Origin: Lytechinus pictus | Taxonomy: Eukaryota | DNA: 64,000 bases | Assembly: GCF_037042905.1 (NCBI RefSeq) | Contig: NC_087249.1 | Location: 51,026,001 to 51,090,000, forward strand | Direction of reading: 5' to 3' | Part shown: in pieces, positions 25,711 through 40,420 of the stretch | How the letters are laid out: every line of letters starts with the position of its first letter | How positions within the stretch are numbered: position 1 is the first letter of the stretch | Notes under the pieces: model-generated | Seen by the model: only the letters and a program-made list of their open reading frames with translations | The model's database searches: none | Told to the model about the DNA's origin: nothing | Position numbers and translations under genes: made by a program

Positions 25711-28700
25711 AGTAGAAGGATGCCCTCCAGGTAGAGCCACATTCAAATCAAGCAGAGTGGAGTGCAAATATGATTCTCTCCCCATCTCAACAAGCCGGTA
25801 TTTAGAAGACTGTATAGTGTAGAATTCAATGAGTCCACGAGGCATGACTAGGCCGTACACGATAAGAATAAAGCAAGGTTGGCAACGCACAATGGACTTC
25901 GCACTGGCAGGGATCGAGCACTGTTGTAACATTTCCATCTGCACTAACACACACAAATGAATTATGGAAAATGAGAGGAATGAACTAATTGAGGGCAGGG
26001 ATGCACATAATTCTATCGCAATGCCTTTTTTTTTAATCTGAAGATTCCTATGCACTTTCCCTACCTCATTTAAGTATAATGCAATGAGTTTTAATCCCCA
26101 TGTTCACACGTTAAGCATGGTGTAATACATTCATACACAATATGCATGTCGGGTCATGTTCATTCAAGCATGAACATTTATGACTACCATACATCCCAAG
26201 CGAATGAACGAAGCAGCGGCAACTAAAAAGACAGAGCAGCAGGAATCCAATCAAATGATTGGATTTAGGGATTTTGGCAAGTCGCTCCAAATTATATTGG
26301 ATTCTGGAGCCAAGACACTTAGGTAAAATGATGATAATAAACCTTGATGCACATGTTGTGAATTGCTATTATCAAGAAGAACCAACCATCCAAGCAATGT
26401 CTTGTAGGATGCAGTTTTTTTCATTGTTATGGACATTATCATCTGATATTTCAAGCTGTATTGGGTAATGAATACAATATTTGTAGAAAACTACATGTAT
26501 TTTATCTTAATTATATCCTTTTTGATGAAGAGGCTTGGATGACAATTGATATTTGTATTTTCAATAAAATGTCAAAGCAGAATTTACATAGGCCTATTTG
26601 TTTAGCCCTACAGTGTATTCATTTATCTCTTCATTTTGGGGCTGTAAACACAAATATTTATAATGACAATACTTCTTTTGTGATTAAACAATATTGATAA
26701 ACAAAAAAATAATAATCCATTTAAATATTATTTGATTTTACTCTTCACAATATAATTCATTATTGAAATGTGTATCTTTTTGGTATTTAATTTAAAAAAA
26801 TACATTTTGAAGTTTTGTATCTTATATAATGCAGATGAAAATAATACAATAAAATGGATCCCATAACATACATGTAGGGATCACACACATATGGATCAAC
26901 ATTTTCTTTCACGAATCAAGAAGATAATTGTCTTGCCCTATTTTCAGCTTACAAATGATATCAGATTTAGAGGTTAATATCTGCAAATGGGGCTTATTTT
27001 ACAATTTAAATACTTCAATCTAGCAACTTAAAAAGTCCTCTGCACACCGAGGCTAATTTTTAAAAGATTGGAAACCATTCTTGAATCAATACCATGCACA
27101 CTACCCGCTTTGTAAGTAGGTCATCGAAGGAATGATGAATCTCGGCCAGTGTATTCAATCTACACAGTGACCCATCTGGTTGCATTCCCTATGGTGTAAT
27201 GTACGAAGACCAAACAAATGCATGAATTGCGTTTACCTGACCCCAAAATTCAAATTTCATAATTTCTTTCAGCGAACCCGGGCGATGATTAAGGTGTCTG
27301 GAATAAACCAACACTCTTCTCTATCTTTCTCTACTTTGCTTTATCTATCTATCTCTCAATATCTACACTCTTTGTGCCCCCACCCCTCTCTCTATCCTGC
27401 TCTCTCCTTCTATCTCTCCTGCTCTCTATCCCTCTCCCCTTTCTCTTTCAATCTATCCCTCTTTGTTGACATTACGCCCTCCCTCTAGGCTCCGCGGTCA
27501 AATCAAATCGAGGCTCAGAGCTGGTCTGCAGGGGAAAGCAGTTTGTGGTCCAATATTTGTCTTTTTCTCAACCTTTGGGTGGAATATTTGGCTGAAAAAT
27601 TTGATGCAAGAATAATATTATTTCCATTCATTACTGAAAATCTTGCGCTGACTGATGCAACCAAAAGGCCAATATCATTTCAAAGGCTTCACGCTTTTTT
27701 GTAATATCAAATTAATAAAATCGCCATGGAATCTGGTTTAGACTAATATTGAACAATCTCTGCACTACTGGATATTATTGGCAAATATTTGTGCTCTAAA
27801 GAACATTTGTTAACAAACTTGCACTATTATTCCACTTGGTAATGGAGTATTTTTTTCTAAAGCAAAGTATAACAAGGTCTGCACGAAGACTTCTTCTGTA
27901 CTATACAAACAAATTAATGCAATTACCTAATGATATGGAGTATCTTTGAATGTGAAAACCAAAAACAAACACATTTTCTCTTTTTTTTTGTTCTTGTAAC
28001 ACCACTCTTATGAAGGATGGGTTTTCAAACTAAAATGATATCCATACAATTCCAAATACACTGAATATAGGGTTTACAACTCATTTATAAGGGCATATTT
28101 CAGAGATCATCAACGCAAAGGCACTGAAAAATAATGAATTGATATAAAATGGACTTAATTATTCGACATTTAAAATCAATATTAAAATCATCCACAATGG
28201 CAAACACTACAAAATTAAGCAGGAACCTGAAAAAAAAATCCCTCATGATTGTGGATGGGGCCCTATTTTTATATATAGTGTAAAAATTGTATCTTTTAAA
28301 TGTATCAAATTTACCATCTCTAAGTCTTCTCTAATCCAATCATGTTGGTACATAAATGGATTCAGCCATGTTTATCAATGCAACCCATGTTGATGAGCCG
28401 ACGACAAATTCCATGTAGCTGTTATCATATTTGGATTTCAAGCCATATTGTTTCTGCCCGGTTAGCTGGGCTCGACGACAAGGGAGGATGAATCATTCGG
28501 CCGCATACTTAATGTGTGTGAATTGATGTGGGTGAGTGGTGGAGCAGGAAGATTACAGCCCATCCTTAATGTCATTACACTTCTTACGAGTACCCCTCCC
28601 CCCCCCCCCTCTCTCTCTCTCTTGGGTTCTCTTCAAGCTTTCCATGAGATCGAAAGCAAAGATGGGTAATTTGGGGGCCCCCTGATGCGCTTTCATATGA

Positions 28701-29930
28701 TGACGAAGAGGAGTAATTTACGGAATCTGATTACACTACTTTCGAACGACAATATTTTGGCATCAATGGCCTGCACTCGTAATGCCCATAAGCTTTAAGA
28801 TCCACCACACAACCTAAATGTAATTTGTAATTAAAATAATAATACTTCCAATATATCACGTTTACAATGTGAATATTGTACAGATCAAATTAACTAAATC
28901 ATAAATAATAAAGTTGTTTTGGAATTGTTGGTTAAGTGGTTTACACAATCATGTATGAGTATATAACGGTGACAATACTAACAGAAAATCAAATCTCCTT
29001 CGGACTAAAGCACAACTTTCTGCTACAGTTACAATTATGTAGGCCTACCCCTTAACAATATCACTAAAATTGCATGGATGCACTTGTCAAACTCCATCTG
29101 ATTTTATACATGAAATGCCAATATAGTAATTAGATGAATGACAACCATGACAATGTCATTCCCTGATATATAAAGACAGTGATAAGACAGGGATGCAAAC
29201 ATTGTGGAGAAAAAAAGATTGCAATTTTTTCTTCTGACAGGAGTATGACATAAATAGTCTATGGAACACTGTTGACATGTATATCACCATCAAATCTCCA
29301 TATAAATAGAACTAAACTTGGGAGCATCCCAAGCCCCAGAACCATTCCTGGATATTCCAATTAAAGTTGGATTAGTTCAGGACACCATCCAAACCAATCA
29401 TTAATGGCCCTTAGCCAAGAATACCTTGCTAATAGATTCATATTTGGGGGCATATTGTGGATAATTGATATGGACATTTATAATCAGATATGCAAACTAT
29501 AACACATCCTTTTGTAGTTGATGAAAGTGTGATAAAAAAGATTTCCAAGAATGTTTTACAGACTTTTACTCTTTTTTAATCCTTCATAACAAGGAATGTA
29601 GAGGTCAGTCAAACAGGGGCAGCACCAGGTAATTTATATTAGGGGGTAGGGGTGGATGACCCATAAAGTGAAGTAATTTCATTTGCAAAATCAAAGGGGG
29701 GGAGTCCCCCCCCCCCCCCTGATGGCACCAGCTCTGAACTAGAAGCCACATGTCATGATCAGGACACTCCTTGGAATGACAAACATAGGATCCACATGAC
29801 TGCAGTTATGAATGTTGAAATGTACTAGTACTAGTAAGTTGAAAATCATTCAAGAATGTCATTTACAAATTACAGTATGATTTATTTAAAGGCCAATCAA
29901 CCATTATGACCTATGTCAATCACTATAATG

Positions 29931-29940
29931 CCCCCCCCCC

Positions 29941-29980
<40 letters not shown>
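29931..29980. repeat. C11-A39 homopolymer run
   Basis: Direct reading. Confidence 0.9.
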
Positions 29981-29988
<8 letters not shown>

Positions 29989-31204
29989 ATGTCTTCTTTT
30001 CAAAGGATTAATCTACAAAATAATATGGAGAGAGAATCCATATTTCACATGATTTTCAGGCTATGACAAGCTTCCAGAGATCATAAATGGGAATATGATT
30101 GAAATGTGCAAGGAACTTCAATACTATAAACCTAATTTAGCAATTACAAAGACCGCTTTCATCATTATGATGGTATTGGTAACAGCATGGATCGGGCCCA
30201 ATCAATCAAATAAACCTCAAAATTTGCAGTGGAAAGATGAAATTCTTAAAAAGACAAGCTATACAACAGAAAGCACACGAATTGAAGGTTGTTCACTGTG
30301 TGAATTTCCATACCTGCGATACCACATATTGAGAAATATTTCCTCCTGAAAGAACTTTATTCTTATAAATCATACAAGAACATCAGACAGAATACACTGT
30401 TTGACATGATTAGCAAAGCAAGCATGCATGCTGTGACAAAATGTTTAATCCCATATTCAGACATTTTTGTGGCATTATGACTCAATCATGCTTGCATGCA
30501 TGAGGTGTGTAGAGAATGTTAGAATTGCAAATAACCTTGCGGATTCATGAATTCCATCAATCGCTTTTGTTCTCCAAATTAAACATTGAGCAATGCCATT
30601 TCAGAATTCAGAGTGCATAATTAGATTCCTGATGAAGTGGTTGTGGAAATTCTCAGTTTAGGGCTACATGTACATGTGAGGCCAAAAGCCCTTTTTTTAA
30701 TCCCTTTACTTTGAATATGTTTCGTACAAATTTAGTGTCTGGATATCAGAAAGTAACAAACAATGATGCTTGGGAGGTGGTTTTACAAATATAAGATACA
30801 AGAGAAAACACAATTATTTTTATTTTTGTTGAGATTCTGAAAGAAAAGAATTCTTCAGTAATTTATTTTTATTTCACATCATCATTCAACAGCCAGTTCT
30901 AGGACATATACACATTCATATCATGGTGAAGTACTGGAATGGTGAAATACAAGTTGGGCGATTTGTCAAAACATAATAATTTAATAAGGGACATTAAAAA
31001 TGTAATTCAAGATTGTGTCTCTTCCAAATACCATCTTTGATCACAATGGTATGAATGAAGTTCCCTTCCTTTCCCTTTTGGAACATCTCACCTTGAAAGA
31101 ACTAAGATCTCACATAAACCTCTCCCGTATTAATGAGCTTTATAACAACATAACGGCTTTTGTACTAGTTGTAATCAACCCTATTTCATTAGGATATCAT
31201 TGCT

Positions 31205-31900
31205 TAAGAACATAATCAGGATCGCTTGTGATAAAATGGTACCCTGAATCCCCTATTTAACCCCTTTCCCTTCCCTTGAAATCAAACAAAACTGTGAAAG
31301 CCTTTTAAAAACAACATGAGAACATAATCATGATCAGTTGTAAACTGGTGCCTTGTTCCACTAATGCCCCCCCCCCCCCCATCCATTCAAATATGGCTAA
31401 ATACATGTACTGATAGCCTTTCAAAAAAAAAACATACAATGTACTCTAAGAACATAATTATGATCACTTGTAAAATAATACCCTGAACCGTTTTCAATCC
31501 CACCCATCCTGATTCTTCCATTCAAATGAAACCAAATACTGATAAGCCTTTCAAAAAAGGTCCATTTTATATTTCCCACCCCTTCCATCCAAATCCATTC
31601 AAATATGATAATTTAATGATAGCCTTAAGATAGCCTTAAAAAAACACATGAGAACATAATTATAATCACTTGTAAAATGATGCCCTGTTCACAAAATGCC
31701 CTTCACATCCTGATCACTCCAGACAGCCTATCCACAGTTCACAAAACCATAAGAACATAATTATGATCATTGTGAATGATGAAAGGATGCCCTGTTCTTT
31801 CTGACTCTGCCGTTGCCTATTTCCTTCCCCTTTCTATCCATCAAATATGACTGTCAAATTCTTTAAACAAAATTAAGAACATATTTTTGGTGAAATAGTC
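31205..31900. repeat. Degenerate tandem repeat, about six units of ~100-200 bp
   Basis: agaacataat(c/t)atgatcacttgtaaaat..ccctg recurs near 31208, 31319, 31450, 31651, 31752 and 31877. Confidence 0.75.
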
Positions 31901-33414
31901 GGACCTATTCTATTTTCGTAATTTCCCCACTGTCCTATCCCCCTGCTTTCCATGATCCCTTCCCTTCACACACACACACAAAAAAAATCGTAAAACCCTT
32001 TACAAAAACACAACAGTACATGACAACATGTACACTGTAGTATCATTTTGTTAGATGCATCTGATGTAGGTCAGTTTGATTTGTGGGTCATAATTTGATT
32101 TAATGAGGGAATTATTATGGATCATCCAACATTGAGGACAGACACAATGAAAATTGGCAGAAAAATGGTTTAATCAGGAAATTATCTCTGATTCATAGGG
32201 TGATGTCTTCATTTTATATAGTTGTGCACGGCATTACTAAGTGTGGCTATCGTTTGTCATGGACAGATTTGCAGAGAGACAATGAGAAGAATAGCAATGC
32301 ATGCCCTACACTCCAAGAAATATAGGTTAATCTTTGCACGTATATCAAAGGTAAATCTCAATTACAGTGATTGAATCTTTGCAGGTGCAAAATAGAAAAT
32401 TTCTGACCAGAGTCACCTGAGAGTTCAACCTGCACCTGTTTAAGATGCTTCAAGCAAGACATTACATTGGACATGCACAGTGCACTTGTCTTTTTAGAGT
32501 GCAGGCATATCTGCATGGACTTTATACTAGGCTAAATGTAGCATTTAATATGAAATATTGCTGCATTTTGCATAATTCAATTCAATCACAGGAATTTTCA
32601 ATTCAATATTGGTTGTTGCATAAACTTGCAAGTCATTTTGAAAACCAGACACATATGTTTCATATCTTATGGAGTATGTAAATATTGATCATTAGCACAG
32701 TTTTATTCTATCTGTGAATAAATGAACATTATATTTCATTACCAACAAAGTAAAATTAAAAAAAAAATGCAAGAATGTAGTTCACAACATTCATCCTCCT
32801 GATTACATAAAAAAATCTATACATCTTTAATTCATGTGCTTAAAAGTTGACATTGAAAATAAAGGGCAACACCATGCAAAATAGGTTTGGAAATTGGATA
32901 CCTGAGCATCAAAATAATCACGAGGAACACAACCTTGCCTGGTCTGGCTAACCAGCAAGTGATTCCAGCATGTCCAAGGAAGCATAATTTCATGCACATT
33001 TGTCAGATCACTTGTGATGCATGAAATGAACAGGATCGGTTCAATTTAGAGAAACCACCTTGGCATTTGATGATCAAGTGACTAGAAAATGGAGGGGAAA
33101 ATGGATTCCAAGCAATTTTCTAAGCTTTATCATATCAAAAATTCTCTTTTAAAAGACAAATTTAGCCATTTGAGAGAACAAAGAAGAAATAGCGCAATCA
33201 GGCCAATCAGATATAAGCCATTCATCCACTGACTCAGAATAAATGTGAGCTCAATACAACTCCAACTTACATGAACATGTAAAACATCCAACCAAAGTTA
33301 TGATAAGTAATATTTATAAAAAAAACGATATTGGGCTGCATGTCAAAGAAAATAAAATAAATTGAACTTGATACAGTAATCGATACCGTGTAGGTCTACG
33401 GCACATATTATCAA

Positions 33415-33568
33415 TACCTCAGTCACATTTGCTATGGCCGCTGTACGGCAAGTCAAAATCAGCCGTCTTATCTTTTTTCATTCAAACCTCCTATTTGCAG
33501 CTGGTACAAAAAAATGTTAAAAGGGCTGTTTTGACTCGTCGTATGGCTGCCATTGAGCAAATGTGACT
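33415..33568. mobile_element. Second, decayed copy of the 19210-19359 MITE
   Basis: tacctcagtcacatttgc ... gcaaatgtgact. Confidence 0.75.
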
Positions 33569-33873
33569 ATAAAGGTAATCCCGTATTAATGATGCATAAT
33601 TCCGACCATCACGTAGGGCCCAGAATAAAAAGTTTTAAGGATTTAATGTGAAATAGTGCTGATCAATACACAAATAATGCACGTAAGCGCGTGCATGCAG
33701 GGCCTAATAATGAACGATGTGCGAGAAGAGCCAATGGATAAACCGCACCGAGGTCCGCAGGACCGATTGCGGTATATCCATTTGGTTAGTCGAGCGCAGA
33801 GTTCATTATTTAGGTCCTCTATGCACAAGAATGTGGGCATTGTTTGTTTTATACAACCCCCCCTCCCCATGTT

Positions 33874-35101
33874 CCCACTGGGCATTTTACCTGACATTAC
33901 CCGGGTTGTAACAGGTAATAACATGGATATTACTACGGTAACAACAGTGGGTAATAACAGGGAAATAGTAGACCAATCCTTCCCTCTTATTACCTGGACC
34001 TGATATTACTCCATTTACCCAATATTTCTCAGTATGATGTAACTACTATTTCCAGCATTTTAATGATATCACCACCTCATATTACTCTGTTTACCCAATA
34101 TTACCCAATTAATGTCGGCTCATTAAAAAAACAATTAGTGTCATTAGGGTCATTGAAGCACATTTTTACAACTCCATACTCTAAGCCATATCATCTTATC
34201 CTATCTTAAAATCCTACATCCTAATCCTAATCCTATCCTACACCTATCCACCAAACCCTGTCATTTACTTCTATATATTGAGCGAGTTTACAACACTTGA
34301 CAAATTATGGTTAACAATTATTCAACCCTAAAACATTTTTCTAAAATTAATGTCATGATTATGACTAATATGATATATAAACTACACATTTTTCTGAAAA
34401 TTTTCTGGGTGGAATAATTGCATAAACATAAACACATTAATTATTACAGCTATATTAGCTAAAATTTTGGCCATTTATTGTAGTAATGAATATTCATGAG
34501 TAACTAATATTCCCAGCATTTTCCTGATATTACCATCTGATATTACTCCATTTACCCAATATTAATGGGTTGGAGGTCTCGTTTCCATCTGAGTCCTATC
34601 TGGGCACCATGTGGGTTCAAGTATATGTTTTCATCTGGGTTCCATGTGGGCCCATATGGGACCCAGATATCCCAGATAAGAACCGTATGTGATCCAGATA
34701 CTTTGCTGTCTGGGAATGGAAGCGTTTCAACATTACCCATTACCCCTTATCAACCTGTTTGTAACTGGGTAAAATGTTGGTTTCATCAGGGTGATAACAG
34801 TAATTTTTTGGACTTTGAAAATTTCGCTGGGATTGCTGTAAGATTGCTCTTATTACTAAAGTTTGCAATGTTATAACCAATCAAAGTCATTCAACATTAC
34901 CCTTATTACCCCTCATCACCCTGTTGTAACTAGGTAAATGTAGGTTTCATCAGGGTGATAACAGTAACAGGTATCAACAGGAATTATAATTTCGGTAATA
35001 ACATGGTAATAACGGTAATATTTGGTGTTACTCAAATTTCCGGGTGATATTACCGGTAATAACCGGTAAAATTGGTAATCGGTAACAAATTGCCCAGTGG
35101 G
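33874..35101. mobile_element. CACTA/EnSpm-like (CCC-terminus) non-autonomous element with internal duplications
   Basis: TIR cccactgggca / tgcccagtggg, TT on both flanks, ttacc/ggtaa subterminal repeats. Confidence 0.75.
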
Positions 35102-35158
35102 TTACTGAATTGCCCCAAATGCTATATTTGATCTAAATTCTAGATAATTCCAGACCTC

Positions 35159-35198
35159 GCACTATCCTGCACTCTGACGTCAGAGTGCAGGATAGTGC
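35159..35198. repeat. Perfect 40-bp palindrome centred on TGACGTCA
   Basis: gcactatcctgcactctgac|gtcagagtgcaggatagtgc, followed by a further partial arm copy at ~35208-35230. Confidence 0.9.
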
Positions 35199-37966
35199 AT
35201 TTGGTATGACTTCAGAGTGCAGGATGGTGCATTTTGGATGCAATAGTGCAATTCGCTGAATATCATGCGATCCAATTTGGACCAATCAGATAACACAACA
35301 TTCTTTGGAGTTGTATAAGCAACAATATTGCACCCTTGAATTGAAAAGACAGAAAGTGAAAAAATTCCATTTGAATAATTCAACTTCAAGGGCACAATCA
35401 TTTGAAATATGAACCCAGTATATTGCACACAGTAGTAAACCCTAATGGGGAAAATGTCACTGGCAACAACTCTCCCTTCATTAATGGATTACATGTAGTG
35501 TGTATAAATTTGATTCGACTCTGCAGCAATCTAACATATTGACATTTGAAAGATAGATGGGTTGATTAGTGATGGATAGGAAAAGATGAGAAATGAGAGA
35601 TGGCAAAGCCTGAAGAATGAGATAGAAAATGAGGGAAAGAAATGGGATAGATCATGGGGAAGAGAGAAAAAGAGCATTGATCAGGGTGTGTACATGTCTG
35701 TGGTTTGTTTATGTATGAGAGAATGCAGGGTTGGGTATTGAGCAAATTGTGAATTTCATTTCTTCATACATGTACCGTGGACCTTCTATGTTCATACCAT
35801 GGACCTATACCTACATGTATGTTTAAAGTCTAACTGAATCATTCTCAAAATCGAAGTGAAATGTTACGTTTCAAATGAGTCCGTCAACTCAAGATGAATA
35901 TTGGACTTTTTAAGGTCTTGTTGAATAGCTGTTGTATTACATTCATTTCAAGTTAATTCATTGTATTATAAATAAAAAATAATACATCTGCAAGTGCTTA
36001 TGTCTACATTCTACAATATATTTCTAGTGCTTTTTTTAATTCCTACATGTAAATAATAAGATTTTAATATTATACAATGCAAAATTGCAAATGCACATGT
36101 ATGAATGCTGTAATTACATGTATGTACAAAACTGTGGGTTGCTAACAAGTGCAATGTAAGGCACACTAATTTTATTTTTGGTGAATATATTCAACTTTAA
36201 ATTGTCTATCATTATACACTGCAGAAGATTGGGTCATCCAGAGGAAACTCATGAGTTTGCATCTCTCTCTCCATATTGATCAACCATCCCACATATCACA
36301 TTAATGATACATCAATTTAATCACCACTAAAAGCGATGAAACCACAGGGAATAGGATAAGAAAGCATTCTCATCAATCCACTCCTTTTTAATCCTGTCAC
36401 TCCTGAATTTCACACCTCCTTTCAAAAGGCAAATATATATAGGCATAGACCTACAACCGTTATTTCATGATATAGTAATGTAGGCCTTCAACTGTTTTTT
36501 TTCTTTTTTTATGTAGGCCTATGAAAGGTATGAGGAAACAAGGACTTGCAACATCAGAAAGTGAAAGACTTCAAAATAACTAATATAAACCACAGAGGAC
36601 CACTGCAGAATAGATGGGCACTGGTTCTGCCCCTAACCCTCACCCCCACCCCACCCCCCCACAAACACACACAAAGTTCCACTACTATGAAAAACAGGGA
36701 GGAGAAGAATTTAGTGAAAAAAGATAGGCCTATTTTTTAGTAATATCATGTAAAAATATATTCTAAGATTAGACAATACATTCATTATAATTTTCACTCT
36801 CTTGCTTTGCTTTCTCGCAAATTTATTAAGTCTGTCCCCATATGCTATGATTTGTCTTCATGCTTTTCCCCCTCAAAATTGTGGGCTTATCACACCACTG
36901 CATGTACAAGTAGGATTAAAGGCATAAAACATATATAACAAATAAAGCAAGGTCATTTCTTATTTATTCTAAGATTGTAATTTCTTCTATTTTTTCAATG
37001 TTATATGTCTGACATGACCATGTTTGAACTTCTGAAACAGCTTATTCAGACATGCATGTAACTATATCAATCTGATAACAGGACATACATGTATCAGTTT
37101 GTAACTGGCAGTACAAGGTTATGAAACATGTCTCCATATATGCCTACATGGATTATCAATGAATTGACTAGATAATAATATATGATCTACATGCAGACAT
37201 GATATGTATCATTATATAATCATGTATTCACACATGCGCAGTGAGGAACAGGCCTACAAAAATAATTTCACACATCTACACATGCCAAAACCAAGTAATA
37301 ATCAACAAAAACCTATACAAAACTTTCAAAAGTAATAAAGGATACACATTATTCTTGTACAGTCGTTCTTGTGCATGTATATAGGCCTTGATTTGACTAA
37401 CAAATATCACATCAACCTGGATTCTGGGGAAAGTACTTACATATAAAGTATTAGTGACTTAAAAAAATACCTACAAATGTATATACAGATATGAAGTAAT
37501 ATATACTTTATCATATACTTTATCATTCACACCAGTTGGCAAAAAACTGGTAAATTTTCCACCTCGGGTAGGTATAAAAGCACCTGGTGTGGGCAATCAC
37601 AGTGCAGACTACTGATTGACCTTCAACCCCTATTGAGTTCAATCACACCTTGGGATTTGTTGATTTTAGATATCCCATTAAACTGATAGCCAGCACTTTA
37701 AATATAAGCACAAAGCTCCTTCATCTCAGGCTTATAAATTGATTTACATAAGATCAGACTAAGATTAGCTGAGATGCTATACATGCAGCCAATAGCCATG
37801 ATGTACATGTACATTCATGGCTAATACCACTGGTGTATTGAAGGGGGGCTTGAGGGTAATAATAGACAGTATGGACTCCAAAAAAGTTCCTAGTCCAAAA
37901 ACAAGAAGAAAAGAGGAGAGGGGTGCCAAGGACGTTAGGCCATGGTGGATTCAAGCATGTGACTAT

Positions 37967-38444
37967 AGGTGGTTTCAAACCGCCTCGATCACAAGAATCC
38001 CCGTTAAATTACGAGAACTTTTTTAGGCTGAAAAATACCCATTAATTATTCCTGCATTCACACCGCCCTGAAACATACCCTTCGGGATAAGTTCCTGAAG
38101 TTACGAGCATGCGCAGTATGGTCTGATAAGCAGCAAGGCGCGAAATTCAAAATCACTAGCCCAGCAGCAACCCATGCACGGCGCCGCACTCAATGACACG
38201 CTGGGCTAAAAGTTCCCGTAATTTGCTTTCAGACCGCCAAAATACCCACGACCTTGGAAAAATCCCCGCGAAAGTTCTCGTAATTTCGCCAAGTACCTAC
38301 TATTTATCGGGTATTTTCTTTCGGGGATATTACGCGTAGTTTGCTTTCAGACCGCCAAAATACCTGGTATTTTCTGATCGGGGTAAATTTCCCGATCAGA
38401 GAATACCTGGAACTGGCGAACTTCGAGGCGGTCTGAAACCACCT
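37967..38444. mobile_element. Harbinger-like non-autonomous DNA transposon, copy 1
   Basis: TIR aggtggtttcaaaccgcctcga / tcgaggcggtctgaaaccacct, TAT on both flanks, highly similar to 58650-59125. Confidence 0.88.
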
Positions 38445-40420
38445 TATATGACTAATAGTACATGTACAAGGTGAAGGCCACTACAAATGAGACAGGTGGT
38501 TCCTGCCCAAAATGTAGGATTATCCCATTATTAATTCAACAATTATAAGAAGGTATGCCAAAGGTAATCAGAAAAATCATGCTGGTCAGAAGTTAATCAT
38601 CAGCCTTGTTGACCTTAAGGTTTTAAGTGCTGAAATAAGAACAGGTGAGATAAAATACAACCAAGAGTTCTACAGATGTGGGTATATTGTGAACAGAAGA
38701 ATACATGGGTGCTTGTGTAATGAACTAAGTTTTTATTTAGTTTATAAGCAGCGCACGACACTGGCACTGGTCTGACGGTCCCAGACCAGTAAAAATTAAT
38801 TGCTGTTGGGCCAGTAACTTTTCAGAAATAGCCAGATTTACTGGTCCGAAATGACCAGTAAAAATTATATCTTACTTATACAAATTATATTTTCTTCTAT
38901 AATAAATTAGGGCTCTGGTGTTTCACTAAAATGCTCTACAAAATTGAGAAATGGCTCTCATGAATTATGTTGTGTGTGTGTGTATTGCTTGATTGTGTGT
39001 TTTTTTTTGGGGGGGAACAATAATCATTAAAGAGGGCAAAATAAACTCGAGCCTTTTAAATGTCTTTCTTTATTTTTGGAGACCAGTGAATTTTAGGTTC
39101 GGACACGCAATGAAGCACTTTAAACATGACCAATATCCAACGTGGTGGCCATATGAAATCAACATCAAAACACACCACAACAGAACAGAAAACAATACAA
39201 TTGAAAACATCAATTTGAAGCAAGATGAGCCCATACCTTCTTGAAGTAAACACCTCACATCAAAGACACAACAAAGTCAACATACTATCTGATACAAGTG
39301 TTAAATATTGTTTATCTCACAAGTCTCCACCCTTCTCTGAATTACCAGATTACCATCGATCTACGGTGACGTAATAAGTGGGCAGCTCGCAGGCATGTGG
39401 CCGGAAAATAGGCGCATATCGATGAGAAGGCGTGGATTGGGAAAAGTCAAAACACTTGTTGGTGAAGTGGCTTATATAGTTGTTTACTTGGGCCATGATA
39501 TTAGTGCACAATGTGACCTGCTGAAGACAAGAGTGGGAATGTGGGATTTTTAAAAAATATGTGAGTGCATTCCAACAGGATGGGTACCTACATGTAACTA
39601 CCTATTGGTTTGGTGGATTCGAAGGTATTAACAATTGGGCTGTAAAACTGAATAATATGAAATAGAGATTAATGGTTTTACAAATGATAATCAAATTTCT
39701 TTGGTTAGAGTCTGACACATTATTATAGATCATTATCTAGACTAGGGCGAATGTATAGTACATTTTCCAGAGATCTGTTGAAGATGGAAGTATTGACAGA
39801 CCAACTGCATGTATGCATGTACATGTAGGCCTACGTGCATAGTTGTTTACTACACGTCGGTCCAGGACGGAAGAAAAAAAAGAATGGTCCAGGCATTGAA
39901 TGAGGCATAATCCCTGTAGTAAGATATTGGAGATGGCGTTGGACATTCCATCCATGCCTGGAAGCGATGAGGCCCTCTCCCTTCATCCCACATCCAATTA
40001 ACTATCTCCTGTCCGCCCATCTAAATGGTCTGCAATTACATCCAATACAATCTATATAATGAGATAGCACTATGGACAGCAAATAACACCATGAATGCAA
40101 AGTACTGGTGTATGCAAATCGCACAATGGTCAAATAAATCAGTTGACGAGATAGGAGAAGTACAAAATAGCGTTTTTGTAAGAGAGATGAAAAAGAGAAT
40201 TAGAAGAGATCTCATTTACACATTGAAGAAATTTGTTTTACACATACATATATATAGAGTATTAAATCACCTTATGTTACAATTTGAAATTCTTAAATTT
40301 TATGGGTGTGTTGTCACTCATATAACATTGAATTGATGCTTTCTAACTTTTCTCTAATAATTTATAGGCCTACGGTACATGTACATGTATTAGAGGCCTT
40401 ACAACAAACAGAATTTAGCA

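Noticed and set aside
24876-25822. Cluster of His/Pro/Leu-rich ORFs
   Set aside because: Products of a pyrimidine-rich tandem repeat lacking stop codons.
27132-27240. Possible C/D box snoRNA (ATGATGA...CTGA)
   Set aside because: It is antisense to the host transcript, has no terminal stem, and no rRNA guide could be recognised.
31205-31900. Repeat-spacer pattern reminiscent of a CRISPR array
   Set aside because: Eukaryotic context, degenerate repeats, inter-repeat segments similar to each other, no cas genes.
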